Positions 45,706 to 55,253 of a DNA stretch of 64,000 bases are shown here, piece by piece. Under the pieces are notes generated by a model, which saw nothing but the letters and a program-made list of their open reading frames with translations, made no database searches and was not told the origin of the DNA. How positions within the stretch are numbered: position 1 is the stretch's first letter; each line of letters begins with the position of its first letter. The translations under genes were made by a program, and so were the position numbers. The stretch lies in the sequence record MN988522.1. One strand, 5' to 3'.

Positions 45706-46023
45706 CTACTTTTTCTTCTTGTGACGGTATGCGTCTAATTGTGTTTCTAATCTACCAGCGTAGTTAGAAAGAATTTCTATAGACATTAATGCAGCTTTAG
45801 CTACACTAGGTGAACTTGTATCGAAGTCTTCAGTACTTAAACTTGTGATAGGTAGCTTAGGTCTGACATTCTTAGGTGGCTCAGGCCAGTCTTGTACAAC
45901 GACTTTCTCGATGACCTTGACTGGAGGCGGGAGAGGCGTCCGTGACTTGCTCGTACTTACACAAGAACTCAGAAGAATTACAGGAATCATTGCATATACG
46001 TACTTCATTGTCCTGATTCCCAC
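45706..46023 (-). CDS. o-spanin-like lipoprotein
   Basis: Lipobox LLSSC, Pro-rich, overlaps the i-spanin candidate. Confidence 0.65.
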   Translation of the reverse strand: MGIRTMKYVYAMIPVILLSSCVSTSKSRTPLPPPVKVIEKVVVQDWPEPPKNVRPKLPITSLSTEDFDTSSPSVAKAALMSIEILSNYAGRLETQLDAYRHKKKK

Positions 46024-46436
46024 TTATTACCTAGCTTATTACCCTCTTCTTTGAGCCATTTCATAGATTCTTGACAAGAATTGCCAATAACTGCTGAAGA
46101 TAGTTCACTTAGAAGGTGATTATGCTCGATATCTTTCTTATTAATGACCGTTTCAGAGTCTTCGAGATTCTTCATAAGATCTCTCTTATTCGCCTCAAGA
46201 GCGCTGATTTTCTCGTTATTAAGAGTGACAACTTCTGACATTTGATTGTAAGAATTCTGCCACTGTTTGATAGCTTCATCTTTGATTTCAATCGTCATAG
46301 CAGAATTAACTAATTGAGTCTTAAGACTCTTAATTTCGATATGACAGTAATAAAGATAAAGTCCAAGAATTGCTACGACGAACAGTCCAATAATTTTAGT
46401 TAGATTGTTTGTCAGAAGGGTTGCTAGTATACTCAT
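46005..46436 (-). CDS. i-spanin-like protein
   Basis: N-terminal TM followed by coiled coil. Confidence 0.65.
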   Translation of the reverse strand: MSILATLLTNNLTKIIGLFVVAILGLYLYYCHIEIKSLKTQLVNSAMTIEIKDEAIKQWQNSYNQMSEVVTLNNEKISALEANKRDLMKNLEDSETVINKKDIEHNHLLSELSSAVIGNSCQESMKWLKEEGNKLGNKWESGQ

Positions 46437-46785
46437 CTGTTGGAGAACCTCTAAAATCTAAATATTTCTTCCCGAGTACTTCTACCATGAAGATTGACAT
46501 ATAAATTGTCATAAACCATTCTGTGAGTTTATCATTTAAGACAAGAAATATGAAAGCCCATGTAGATACTACTGTTGCCAGAAGCATACGAATCTTCGAA
46601 CCACTTAATTTGTTATCCTGAGGATCAACAATTAAATCTGTAAGATCGATGTTAGGATACTTTCTGGATGAATGCAATTTGAGGATAACCATGATAGCTA
46701 CCACAAGAACTACAACGAGACTGAATGCTCGCTCTGACATCCACCCAGAGATGTCATGAATTAAATTGAATAGTGCGTCATCCAT
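46396..46785 (-). CDS. holin candidate
   Basis: Three hydrophobic segments, lysis context. Confidence 0.5.
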   Translation of the reverse strand: MDDALFNLIHDISGWMSERAFSLVVVLVVAIMVILKLHSSRKYPNIDLTDLIVDPQDNKLSGSKIRMLLATVVSTWAFIFLVLNDKLTEWFMTIYMSIFMVEVLGKKYLDFRGSPTDEYTSNPSDKQSN

Positions 46786-46793
46786 AATAGTTC

Positions 46794-47573
46794 CTATGAA
46801 TATTTCTCCTTGAGAGTTTTCATGGAGATCATTTGATGGTCGATGATCTTACCTTCACCAACTCGTAATCTACAAATTCCGTATGTCCAACCAGTAGCAC
46901 TTAGTCCAGCGTAGTGTTCAACTTCTCCATCAGGTAGAGAGGTGCCGACATTGAACACTTGAACAGATTGATTAGAACCAATCTTAGCTTCATGGTGAAT
47001 ACGGTGACGATGAGTGTGTCCTAGAACGACTGAGAAGAGAGTATCTCTTGCGATCGCTGCTTCGACATTCTTACCTTTATAAGGTACACCCATCGTATTG
47101 AATGGAACATGAGTAAATCCTACTCCACCTAAGAATAGAAATTTACCGTATGCGGATACATTAAAATTGTATCTGGCGTATAATTGCTCGATGAGAAGAC
47201 CGAAATGACCACACTCCTTTGGTCTAGCTTTAGCTTCTCGATGAGCTCTGTCCTCGTGATTTCCTAGTGTAATATGGCGTTCGACTTCTGTATGAGATGG
47301 AGCTTCTTTATCAAACATATAAAGAGCTTCTTCACCAGCACTAATATCGTCCATAAAAGTTGGACGTTCAAGATCCTCTTTGGATCCAGGCAATTGATGC
47401 CTAGACAAACTATCGAGAGATAGAAAGTCACCTATGCTAACAACACAGTCAGATGGATTGGCAGATAGATAACGACCGATCCAAGTCATTCTTTCATTGG
47501 ATCTTTTGGGACTGACGTGAGCATCAGCGATGACCACCACGTCTTGAGATTTGTCGTCAGTAGATTTAATCAC
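46794..47573 (-). CDS. calcineurin-like metallophosphoesterase
   Basis: DAH, GD..D, GNHE, H, GHTH motifs. Confidence 0.85.
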   Translation of the reverse strand: MIKSTDDKSQDVVVIADAHVSPKRSNERMTWIGRYLSANPSDCVVSIGDFLSLDSLSRHQLPGSKEDLERPTFMDDISAGEEALYMFDKEAPSHTEVERHITLGNHEDRAHREAKARPKECGHFGLLIEQLYARYNFNVSAYGKFLFLGGVGFTHVPFNTMGVPYKGKNVEAAIARDTLFSVVLGHTHRHRIHHEAKIGSNQSVQVFNVGTSLPDGEVEHYAGLSATGWTYGICRLRVGEGKIIDHQMISMKTLKEKYS

Positions 47574-47637
47574 GGAATAATCCTTAAGGAGACATTAGAG
47601 AGGTCACAAGAATGTGACCTCTCCCTCGTCAATTCAA

Positions 47638-48243
47638 CTACGCAAGTACTGAATTAAACTTCTGAGCGTAAGTTGCTACATCTTTGGCTCGATCGAGACC
47701 ATTGATGATTCTTCTTGCATTTACCCAGTCAGTTGTATTAGAGTTAAAGTAATTCTCTAGAGATACTCCTGTGAAGTCACCTCTAGTGCTCTGCCCCTTA
47801 GTCATTCCTTCAATCATGATTCTAGCAGCGATCTTAGGATCCATTGCTAGTTCAGGATTGCCTACCAGATCAACTCCTAGGAGTTTACCCATATTTAAAT
47901 AGTTATTGTACCATGTAAGTTGTACATATCCTCGTCCACAGTACTTAGCTCCATCGCCTGGATTTTTATTACCCATTTGAAGAGCTAACTTAGGACGAGT
48001 CCCCTTGATGTCGTACATCTTGGTATAATAAGCATTGCCACCATACTCCTTAACAGGGAGCATAGTCTTAGCAGTTTCATGATAAGCAGTTGCTAACATG
48101 TAAGCTGCCCATCTTGTATCTTCTACTTCAGCCTCGATTTCTCCAAGAATGAAGTTTAATCCATTAACTTGAGATTGAGTCAATGAAGTGAAGAGACCAT
48201 TCTTCTTAATGCCATCGTAAAATTTTTCACGATTGATTAACAT
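47638..48243 (-). CDS. endolysin, GH19-like
   Basis: AYMLATAYHET, YCGRGYVQLTWYNNY, NARRIING. Confidence 0.85.
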   Translation of the reverse strand: MLINREKFYDGIKKNGLFTSLTQSQVNGLNFILGEIEAEVEDTRWAAYMLATAYHETAKTMLPVKEYGGNAYYTKMYDIKGTRPKLALQMGNKNPGDGAKYCGRGYVQLTWYNNYLNMGKLLGVDLVGNPELAMDPKIAARIMIEGMTKGQSTRGDFTGVSLENYFNSNTTDWVNARRIINGLDRAKDVATYAQKFNSVLA

Positions 48244-48256
48244 ATTGCACCTATCG

Positions 48257-48610
48257 CTAAGGGTTAATCTTACTGTTCAAGGTCTGGATCTGTACCTTCA
48301 GATTATCATTCTCTAATTTAAGATCACTGATTTCATCTAGAAGAAACTTAACTTGCATCTCTAATTTGGCACTATCTGCAATAGCCTTGTTACGCTCTTC
48401 ATTCAGCTTGTCAGTTCTAGCTTCAAGTTCTAGTACTCTTTTAACGAGACTATCTCTGTAACTATCAAATGACTCCGTGGCACGATCATCTCTCAGATCT
48501 CGCTTAACCATACGGAATGCTTTGTAAGAACCTCCAATTATTAGAGCAGCACACGATCCGACTGCAGCCCAGAATCCTCCTGAAGCATCGGTCGGTAAAA
48601 AGTCCACCAT
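48257..48610 (-). CDS. TM + coiled-coil protein (lysis accessory candidate)
   Basis: Hydrophobic N-terminus, heptad C-terminus. Confidence 0.6.
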   Translation of the reverse strand: MVDFLPTDASGGFWAAVGSCAALIIGGSYKAFRMVKRDLRDDRATESFDSYRDSLVKRVLELEARTDKLNEERNKAIADSAKLEMQVKFLLDEISDLKLENDNLKVQIQTLNSKINP

Positions 48611-48612
48611 GG

Positions 48613-49074
48613 CTATTCTCCAACAGATTTATCGATTTTATTTTTATCAAATCTTAAGAAGTCCCACCAAGCAGCAACCATAACAATTGCAGTATCCATT
48701 ACTGCAGCAGCTGGAGGATATTTAGAGCTGATACAGGATAGAGATACAAATGTCCATACTGCACATGAAAAGAATTTGATGAGGAGTTCAAATTTGAATG
48801 TCTTCTTACTCGATACACGATAAAATCTCCACAATTGAATCGATGCGAGAAAGAAGAATAGCAATACCCATTGAATCTCAGACAGGATAGAACTCATTAA
48901 TCCGTAGACAGGTCTGTCAGGACTCATTGTCTGTCCAGGTAAAGCTAATGAAATTGCCCAGAGATATCCTGACATAATCGAACAGATTATGGCAGGACTT
49001 GTGTCAGCATTTTTAACTGTTGATGAGAATGCATAATATATCTCAAATATATTATTTTTAAAATGGCTTAACAT
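48613..49074 (-). CDS. multi-pass membrane protein
   Basis: About four TM segments; start moved to MLSHF (49074), which overlaps the upstream stop. Confidence 0.65.
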   Translation of the reverse strand: MLSHFKNNIFEIYYAFSSTVKNADTSPAIICSIMSGYLWAISLALPGQTMSPDRPVYGLMSSILSEIQWVLLFFFLASIQLWRFYRVSSKKTFKFELLIKFFSCAVWTFVSLSCISSKYPPAAAVMDTAIVMVAAWWDFLRFDKNKIDKSVGE

Positions 49075-49995
49075 CACAACTCCGCATCTAAGCTGAATGC
49101 AAACGTATTTGTAACCGAATGAGTAAAGTACATCCCAGTCGCGAATACTTGTGTATTTCCATTTGCAGCCGTACCAATCCATGAAATCGATGGAACTGTT
49201 CTCATTGGAGTTGGCGTGATATGGACTGTATAGTTTCCAGAATTACCAACAGTTACAGGATATTTTATATAGTATCTGTAGCAGAGCAAAGTTTCAGTTA
49301 TAAGTGGACGCTCATAGAATGGATCCGACTCACTTGTGGCATCACCTTCAACTAGAGATACTCTAGCGATATCGAATGTCCCTGACTGTTGACCTAAGCT
49401 GACAGTATTCGCGTTCCAATTTGATCCTGCATCGAACCAAAATCTTAACCCTAAATAATTATCAGGATTCGATCCTAAAGTTTTACCGCTGATCGACGGG
49501 ATATTAACAGTATACGAGAATTTCTGCCAGCTAGTACTCAGAAGAACTTTCTTAGGAGCAAAATCAACATTCGATGAGGGAGATCCACCAGTACCGAATA
49601 CTTGAACTAGATCTACAGCAATATTTTTAGCTGAGTCAGCCTTAGCATAAAATGTAATAGTAGCTCTCTTTCCGACGAGCGTTCGTACATTTTCAATCTT
49701 TTGATGCTTTAATACATAATTTCCTGCACCTGCAACTGATGTTACTACTGTTCTTGAGAAGTAAATCGGTTCGCCAGGTACTTCAGTCTGACCTACTGTA
49801 AATGGTTGCTGCGAATGAGTCTTTGTTGATCCTACATGAGTATTAGCCCATCTATCGTCAGATCCATAGTCTGCAGTTGTCTGAGAAGTAGCACGTTGCC
49901 AGATTCTAAAAATCACCATTAATAATTTTATTTCTTGATGGATCTGAGATCGGTATACTAGCTCGACCTGCTAATAATGTATTTTTACTAGTCAT
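49074..49995 (-). CDS. tail-fibre-type protein interrupted by a +1 frameshift
   Basis: ATG 49995 with GAGG RBS gives MTSK...RNKIINGDF then TAG; +1 frame continues FRIWQR; paralog 51862..52914 reads RNKIINGDFDIWQR. Confidence 0.8.
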
Positions 49996-50015
49996 TTAAT
50001 TATCCTCAGGTCCGA

Positions 50016-51323
50016 TCAGAATTCCCACATCACATTAGCATTACCTGTCATCGTAGGAGTACCACTAACAGTAGTTAATCTTAGTGATGCTAACTCACCT
50101 GGTAGTGTGACTTGAGCATTACCTCGAGAGTTACCACTACCTTGATAAGTTCCATCCACTGTCATCATCCAAGTACTAGCACCTGCCGATCCAGTTACTC
50201 TGTTAATGACTACAGTTACTGATGCATAAGCATTGACTGTAGTTCCACTAACAAAATTTAATCCTAGTGTATTCATAACAGCACTACTCATACTACTAGC
50301 ACCTAAATTAGTAATAACTCCAGTGTAGCCTGTAGTAACAATGCCAGTTGAAATTCCTAGTTGAAGAATTGGTGTCTGATTAGCACTTAATGTTAATGTA
50401 GGAATTAGAACAGTGACTCTATTAATTGCAGGTGGTAAATTAGGCCAATCTATAAATGTACCGGATAGAGTGGTTACTGCATTTCTCTTTAGACCTTTAG
50501 TAGTCTGGAGATTTACAACATCATTAGTAAGATTAGTTAGATTGATTGTTGCAATATCGACGGGAGCATTATATGCTTTGATCCAGTAAGTAACTGTAAT
50601 GTTAGTAGGACGAGTTTCAGATGCAGTACGAGGAGTACCATTAACACCGTCGGTGACAGGATCACCTGTACTTCTTGATCCGCTACCATATGAGTTAGGA
50701 TCATTTGAACCTGCTTGGACAATACCTGTAGTTGTCGATACGTTACTAACTACAAATCTATGACCTTGGAATGCATCTTGTTGAGTTGATCCAAATACGC
50801 GGCCTGAGTCCACAGTCTGACCAGGAGTCCATCCACGCATGAAGTAACCGCCCATATCAGGTAGGAGTGGATCTCCGTTTCCATTCAATGGTCGACCAAT
50901 CGTGATTAAGTGAGCTCTGAGTTCAGGATATGTACTCGTAACTGCTGCACCATTCATCAGTAGGCATCCAGGAGGAGGCGTCGTGTCACTACCAAACATA
51001 GTAACAATCTCACCTACTCTACGTCCAACAGATGCCTGAAGATCAGATACTGACTTAGTTATAGCAGTCGATCCATATGATCTAATGACAACATTGTCAT
51101 TAGCATTTCGACCATCAATTAAAGTAACAGTTGATGGAGTAGCGAATACAATATCTGACTGGAGAATTAAGATACCATTGATAAAGATATCGTAATTGTA
51201 AGGATCTATACTTAAAATTCTGCCGTCATTTGAGACGCCACTGAATACAGTTTGACCCTCGGTCGCAGTAAATGAATAGTCAGATCGAGCTACTAAATTT
51301 GGTCTATTTCCGAGATAGGTCAT
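50016..51323 (-). CDS. tail fibre protein with tail-collar domain
   Basis: VGEIV..PPPGCLLMNG..YPEL..PDMGGYFMRGW..GRVFGSTQQDAFQGH. Confidence 0.85.
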   Translation of the reverse strand: MTYLGNRPNLVARSDYSFTATEGQTVFSGVSNDGRILSIDPYNYDIFINGILILQSDIVFATPSTVTLIDGRNANDNVVIRSYGSTAITKSVSDLQASVGRRVGEIVTMFGSDTTPPPGCLLMNGAAVTSTYPELRAHLITIGRPLNGNGDPLLPDMGGYFMRGWTPGQTVDSGRVFGSTQQDAFQGHRFVVSNVSTTTGIVQAGSNDPNSYGSGSRSTGDPVTDGVNGTPRTASETRPTNITVTYWIKAYNAPVDIATINLTNLTNDVVNLQTTKGLKRNAVTTLSGTFIDWPNLPPAINRVTVLIPTLTLSANQTPILQLGISTGIVTTGYTGVITNLGASSMSSAVMNTLGLNFVSGTTVNAYASVTVVINRVTGSAGASTWMMTVDGTYQGSGNSRGNAQVTLPGELASLRLTTVSGTPTMTGNANVMWEF

Positions 51324-51340
51324 TGATCAAAATCCAATTA

Positions 51341-51847
51341 TTAATCAGTCCAGTATTCATCGTCTGCAAAATTATAAGGAATAGGATCCATTGCTTTAAT
51401 CGTCCAGGATTTGTCGTAAAGATACGATACATATGCAGTGGACTTTAAGAATAATTCAACGATTTGACCAGGAGTAAGATTCTGGGTTGCATTATTGGCG
51501 TCTCTAAAAGGTGTAATTGTTGTTGTGTCACCTGTAGAGATCCTACTTGTAGCTACTGAGAATAGTGATTGAAGATTTCTGGTATCTTGTGTTGTACCTG
51601 TAATAGGTATAGATCCTACTCCAGTTACTTCAATCGAGATTCCTTTAGAAATACGTCTCTCACGTTCTGCATTAATTTGATCTGAGGTAGGTCTAGGTGG
51701 AATGTAAGGAGAAATCTCATTACCTTGACTCTCCCACTCAAGAACCATTTGACGATAACGATTTCCCATATCGTCTGGAATAATTACAGTCTGACCGTCA
51801 ATATCCGCTTGGATCGACCCATTTTCTAAGTATTTTACATTTTCCAT
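51341..51847 (-). CDS. tail fibre assembly chaperone (DUF4376-like)
   Basis: INAERERRI..FRDANN..LTPGQI..FADDEYW. Confidence 0.75.
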   Translation of the reverse strand: MENVKYLENGSIQADIDGQTVIIPDDMGNRYRQMVLEWESQGNEISPYIPPRPTSDQINAERERRISKGISIEVTGVGSIPITGTTQDTRNLQSLFSVATSRISTGDTTTITPFRDANNATQNLTPGQIVELFLKSTAYVSYLYDKSWTIKAMDPIPYNFADDEYWTD

Positions 51848-51861
51848 CTGATTCTCTTTAA

Positions 51862-52914
51862 TTATAATTCAGCGTCAGCTGTAAATTGGAACTGATAAAA
51901 TCCACTTTGATTTGTTGCATTAGCAGTTAGATATACTCTGCATCTATCGGCATTCAAGTCATCAGTAGTTGGCGTACTACTAGGAAAACTATTAACACTG
52001 ATTATAGTAAGTCCAAGTGTAGGAGCAGTTCTCATTGTTACAGGAAAATATAACATCGTAGTATATGTAGCACCTGAAATCGTATCACCTTGCCATGTAA
52101 CTGCATTTAATGATTTTGTGTAGTACCGATAGCACAGTCTGATTTCATCACCTAGATGTCTTTTTGAAAAAGGGTCAGTTTCATATTGAGCGTCACCCTC
52201 TACTACAGATACATGAGATAGATCAAATGTTCCAGACTGTTGACCTAAGTTACTTGCTCGACTCGCAAGAGTCGATCCAGCATCAAACCAGAAGTTGAGT
52301 ATTAGTGTATGATTGCTATCACTTCCTAGAATTTTTCCTGAAATCGATGGGAGAGTTACAAGTATAGAGTATCTCTTCCATGATGATGTAAGAGATACTA
52401 GACCTAGTGGGATCGAAACTGAAGTTGATGGTGATCCACCACTACCAAAACTTTGGTAAAATTCTAGAGCAATATTACGATTAGTATCAGCTTTAGCGTA
52501 AAATGTAACTGTAACTGTTTTGTTAGCTAGAAAATGAACACCTTCTATAGCTTGTGATTTTACAGCATAATTTCCAGAACCTGCTACAGAGGCTACAACT
52601 GTACGACTGAAGTAAGACGGATTATTTGGAACTTCAGTATGACCCAATGTGAATGACTGCCTGGATGCAGTTTTAGTAGTTCCGATATTCAGATTCATCC
52701 ATCGATCATCAGATCCGTAACCAGAAGATGTCTGAGAAGTGCCTCGTTGCCATATATCAAAGTCACCGTTGATAATCTTATTTCTGAAACCTGGCAGATT
52801 ATCAACTAGTAGATTAGCACGTGATTTAGGTAGTGAAATTAAGTCGCTTAGATTATTAGAACTGTCTAATTTACCATAAGCAACTTCAGGAGTTTCTGCT
52901 CCAATATATGACAT
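51862..52914 (-). CDS. tail-fibre-type protein
   Basis: NNLSDL..SRANL; FRNKIINGDFDIWQRG; EIRLCYRYY. Confidence 0.75.
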   Translation of the reverse strand: MSYIGAETPEVAYGKLDSSNNLSDLISLPKSRANLLVDNLPGFRNKIINGDFDIWQRGTSQTSSGYGSDDRWMNLNIGTTKTASRQSFTLGHTEVPNNPSYFSRTVVASVAGSGNYAVKSQAIEGVHFLANKTVTVTFYAKADTNRNIALEFYQSFGSGGSPSTSVSIPLGLVSLTSSWKRYSILVTLPSISGKILGSDSNHTLILNFWFDAGSTLASRASNLGQQSGTFDLSHVSVVEGDAQYETDPFSKRHLGDEIRLCYRYYTKSLNAVTWQGDTISGATYTTMLYFPVTMRTAPTLGLTIISVNSFPSSTPTTDDLNADRCRVYLTANATNQSGFYQFQFTADAEL

Positions 52915-53246
52915 TAACTACTCTCCATCAAAGATACATAAGCATCAATCGATGCAGCTGTACTGGATACAATATATAAAGAATATCCTGGCATCAATAC
53001 AAGTTTCTGATCTCCACCTACAAGTACAAGAGATGACCCTTGAATAATCGGAGCATTCTTAACAATATAAATATTGTTAGTTCCATCGTTGACATACACG
53101 TCGACATTTACAGATGCGATCAGTAGGTTAGCGACTGAAAATCCGATAACTGTAGCTGTAGTACTAGCAGGTACGTTGTAATTAGAAATCTTAACAGGAG
53201 TCGTACCGATTACTCTACTGTTAATAGATTTAAATACAGTAGCCAT
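52914..53246 (-). CDS. putative structural protein
   Basis: 110 aa beta-rich, late operon. Confidence 0.65.
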   Translation of the reverse strand: MATVFKSINSRVIGTTPVKISNYNVPASTTATVIGFSVANLLIASVNVDVYVNDGTNNIYIVKNAPIIQGSSLVLVGGDQKLVLMPGYSLYIVSSTAASIDAYVSLMESS

Positions 53247-53250
53247 TTTA

Positions 53251-53481
53251 TTATCCTAACGCAATAGCCATAGCAATTGCAGTTGAAGTATCCGATACAG
53301 AATTTGCATCAATTGCAGTAGATAGTTCTGCAAGTGTATCACGACTAGCAGGTGCACTACCTTTGATTGTATTGATCTTATCTGTTACAACAGTATTAAC
53401 AAATTCTGTCGTAGCTACTCGGCTGGAACTATTATTATTCTCAGCAGTTATTCCGACGAATGGTGGAACTGATAGTGGCAT
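53251..53481 (-). CDS. short tail-fibre-related protein
   Basis: VATTEFV, APASRDTLAEL, AIAMAIALG motifs. Confidence 0.65.
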   Translation of the reverse strand: MPLSVPPFVGITAENNNSSSRVATTEFVNTVVTDKINTIKGSAPASRDTLAELSTAIDANSVSDTSTAIAMAIALG

Positions 53482-53485
53482 TGTA

Positions 53486-54268
53486 TTATCCTCTAATCCC
53501 TTCTAGAACAATATTTCCAGTGATGTTACCTGCAGATGCAATAAATCTAATAGCATTTTGACTACCTGTTAAAGTAGCTGACTTAGACGCTAGTGTAACT
53601 CCTGCATGCAAGCTACTTGTAACTAGTCCTGTAAAGTGGGTAATCATATACTTGATAGTTGATGCTTTATTAAGATTAGTCAACGTTGCAGTAATCAGAG
53701 AAGGATCATTAGCCAATGTAGTAACTGTCATTTGATAACCAACTGCAGTACTTGAGGTACCATTTACAACTGCTGTACTATATCCATAATAAGCCAAAGA
53801 GTGATTTCCACTCGTTGTGAATGTCGATCCGTTATCTGAACTTAATTGAATAAATCCTAAACCACCTGAAGTCAGTGCCAAGTCACCAGTAATTCTCAGA
53901 GTTTTAAATGCTACTAGATTAGTAATAGGAAAGTTTGCAACGTTAGTAAATGAGTAGGATCCAATAAGTTCCCAGGCATTAGGTCTAAATACTTTCGTAC
54001 CAGTCCCATCACCTACTGCTATAGAGTTATCGTCGGTATCCCACTCCATCACACCTTCTTCGGTTGGAAGTGATGATGTGCTTTGAGTGAGAATAATCTT
54101 AGGACTCGATAAAGTTTTATTAGTAAGTGTTTCAGATCCAGTCAAGGATGCTTTGGCATCTAAACTTGACTGAACAGTTGATGCGACTGCCTTTGTAGCT
54201 AGTGCGTCTTTAATCGAGGAGTTAGATCCTCGTAATGCTTCAATTGAGTCTCTAACTTTGCTCGACAT
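53486..54268 (-). CDS. tail-fibre-related protein
   Basis: ETLTNKTLSSPKI repeat, GDG, beta-rich C-terminus. Confidence 0.65.
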   Translation of the reverse strand: MSSKVRDSIEALRGSNSSIKDALATKAVASTVQSSLDAKASLTGSETLTNKTLSSPKIILTQSTSSLPTEEGVMEWDTDDNSIAVGDGTGTKVFRPNAWELIGSYSFTNVANFPITNLVAFKTLRITGDLALTSGGLGFIQLSSDNGSTFTTSGNHSLAYYGYSTAVVNGTSSTAVGYQMTVTTLANDPSLITATLTNLNKASTIKYMITHFTGLVTSSLHAGVTLASKSATLTGSQNAIRFIASAGNITGNIVLEGIRG

Positions 54269-54269
54269 A

Positions 54270-54962
54270 TTAAGTACTTTCTGAGAATACTACAACATCC
54301 ACTACGTCACCTAGAGTTAAAGCAGGTGTGAATGTTATAAGAGTAGCTTCTATAACATAATCAGTACCAGCTACAATCTTCATACCGTTGACCCATACCA
54401 TAACGATTTTATTTAGGAATGAACCATTGAATGTCGATTGACCTGCTACTGCTGTGAATGATGATGAACCGTCAAAACTGAGAGATGTTGGAGTATAAAG
54501 AATCGTTAGATTTGATTCTTTACATGTAAACTGATCACCTGTGGTACCGTAAACATACATCTTACCAGGGTTAATCATATAGGATGGCATTTCGTAAAGT
54601 GCATAAGGAGGTAATATAATACTACCAGCACCTAATGTGGCAGGTGAGTCAAAATTGATCGCCATCACATTTTGTTGACTCAAATTCTGAAATGTAAGTC
54701 CTGATCGATTAAAGTTCGTATCAACAACCATCGAGTTGGTAGTGTTAATAGCTCTACTGTAATCTATCCAACTAGTTAGATTAGCCTTTGTACGGATCAG
54801 CTCATTTTCACCGATCGTAACATTCAAAGGATTAGTTTCACTAACTGGTACTCCATCAGGAGTCGAAGGAACGTGCTGATGGACATGAATCCCACCCGTT
54901 TCAATCGAACGGAATGTCTTCATATTACCAGAAGCGTCTACAACATTATAATTATTGCTCAC
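54270..54962 (-). CDS. putative structural protein
   Basis: 230 aa; C-terminal VWVNG..GTDY..ITF module. Confidence 0.65.
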   Translation of the reverse strand: MSNNYNVVDASGNMKTFRSIETGGIHVHQHVPSTPDGVPVSETNPLNVTIGENELIRTKANLTSWIDYSRAINTTNSMVVDTNFNRSGLTFQNLSQQNVMAINFDSPATLGAGSIILPPYALYEMPSYMINPGKMYVYGTTGDQFTCKESNLTILYTPTSLSFDGSSSFTAVAGQSTFNGSFLNKIVMVWVNGMKIVAGTDYVIEATLITFTPALTLGDVVDVVVFSEST

Positions 54963-55016
54963 TTTAATACTCCTGAAGAGAAGGAGATAGGATCTAAGAT
55001 CCTATCTCCTTATGTC

Positions 55017-55244
55017 TTAGACTTCGTCCCAGGTAAACTCACCCTTGTATCTAAATCTCTTACCAGTATCGTTTTCGACAACAATTGTACCACGTACAGG
55101 ATTCATTGTCTTACGATCTTCAGAAGATCTGTACAGAAGAGAAGGTTCACTTGCAGATACCTCTACGAATGTATGAGTGTACTCAATAACTCGCGTAGGA
55201 TCTTCTTGTCCAAGTTCTGGTTTGACTTCAGTTTTCTTAGCCAT
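55017..55244 (-). CDS. hypothetical protein
   Basis: 75 aa, RBS AAGGT. Confidence 0.55.
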   Translation of the reverse strand: MAKKTEVKPELGQEDPTRVIEYTHTFVEVSASEPSLLYRSSEDRKTMNPVRGTIVVENDTGKRFRYKGEFTWDEV

Positions 55245-55253
55245 ATTTACACC

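Noticed and set aside
49074-52914. Diversity-generating retroelement acting on the paralogous tail-fibre genes
   Set aside because: No reverse transcriptase in the window, and the paralogs differ throughout rather than only at adenines
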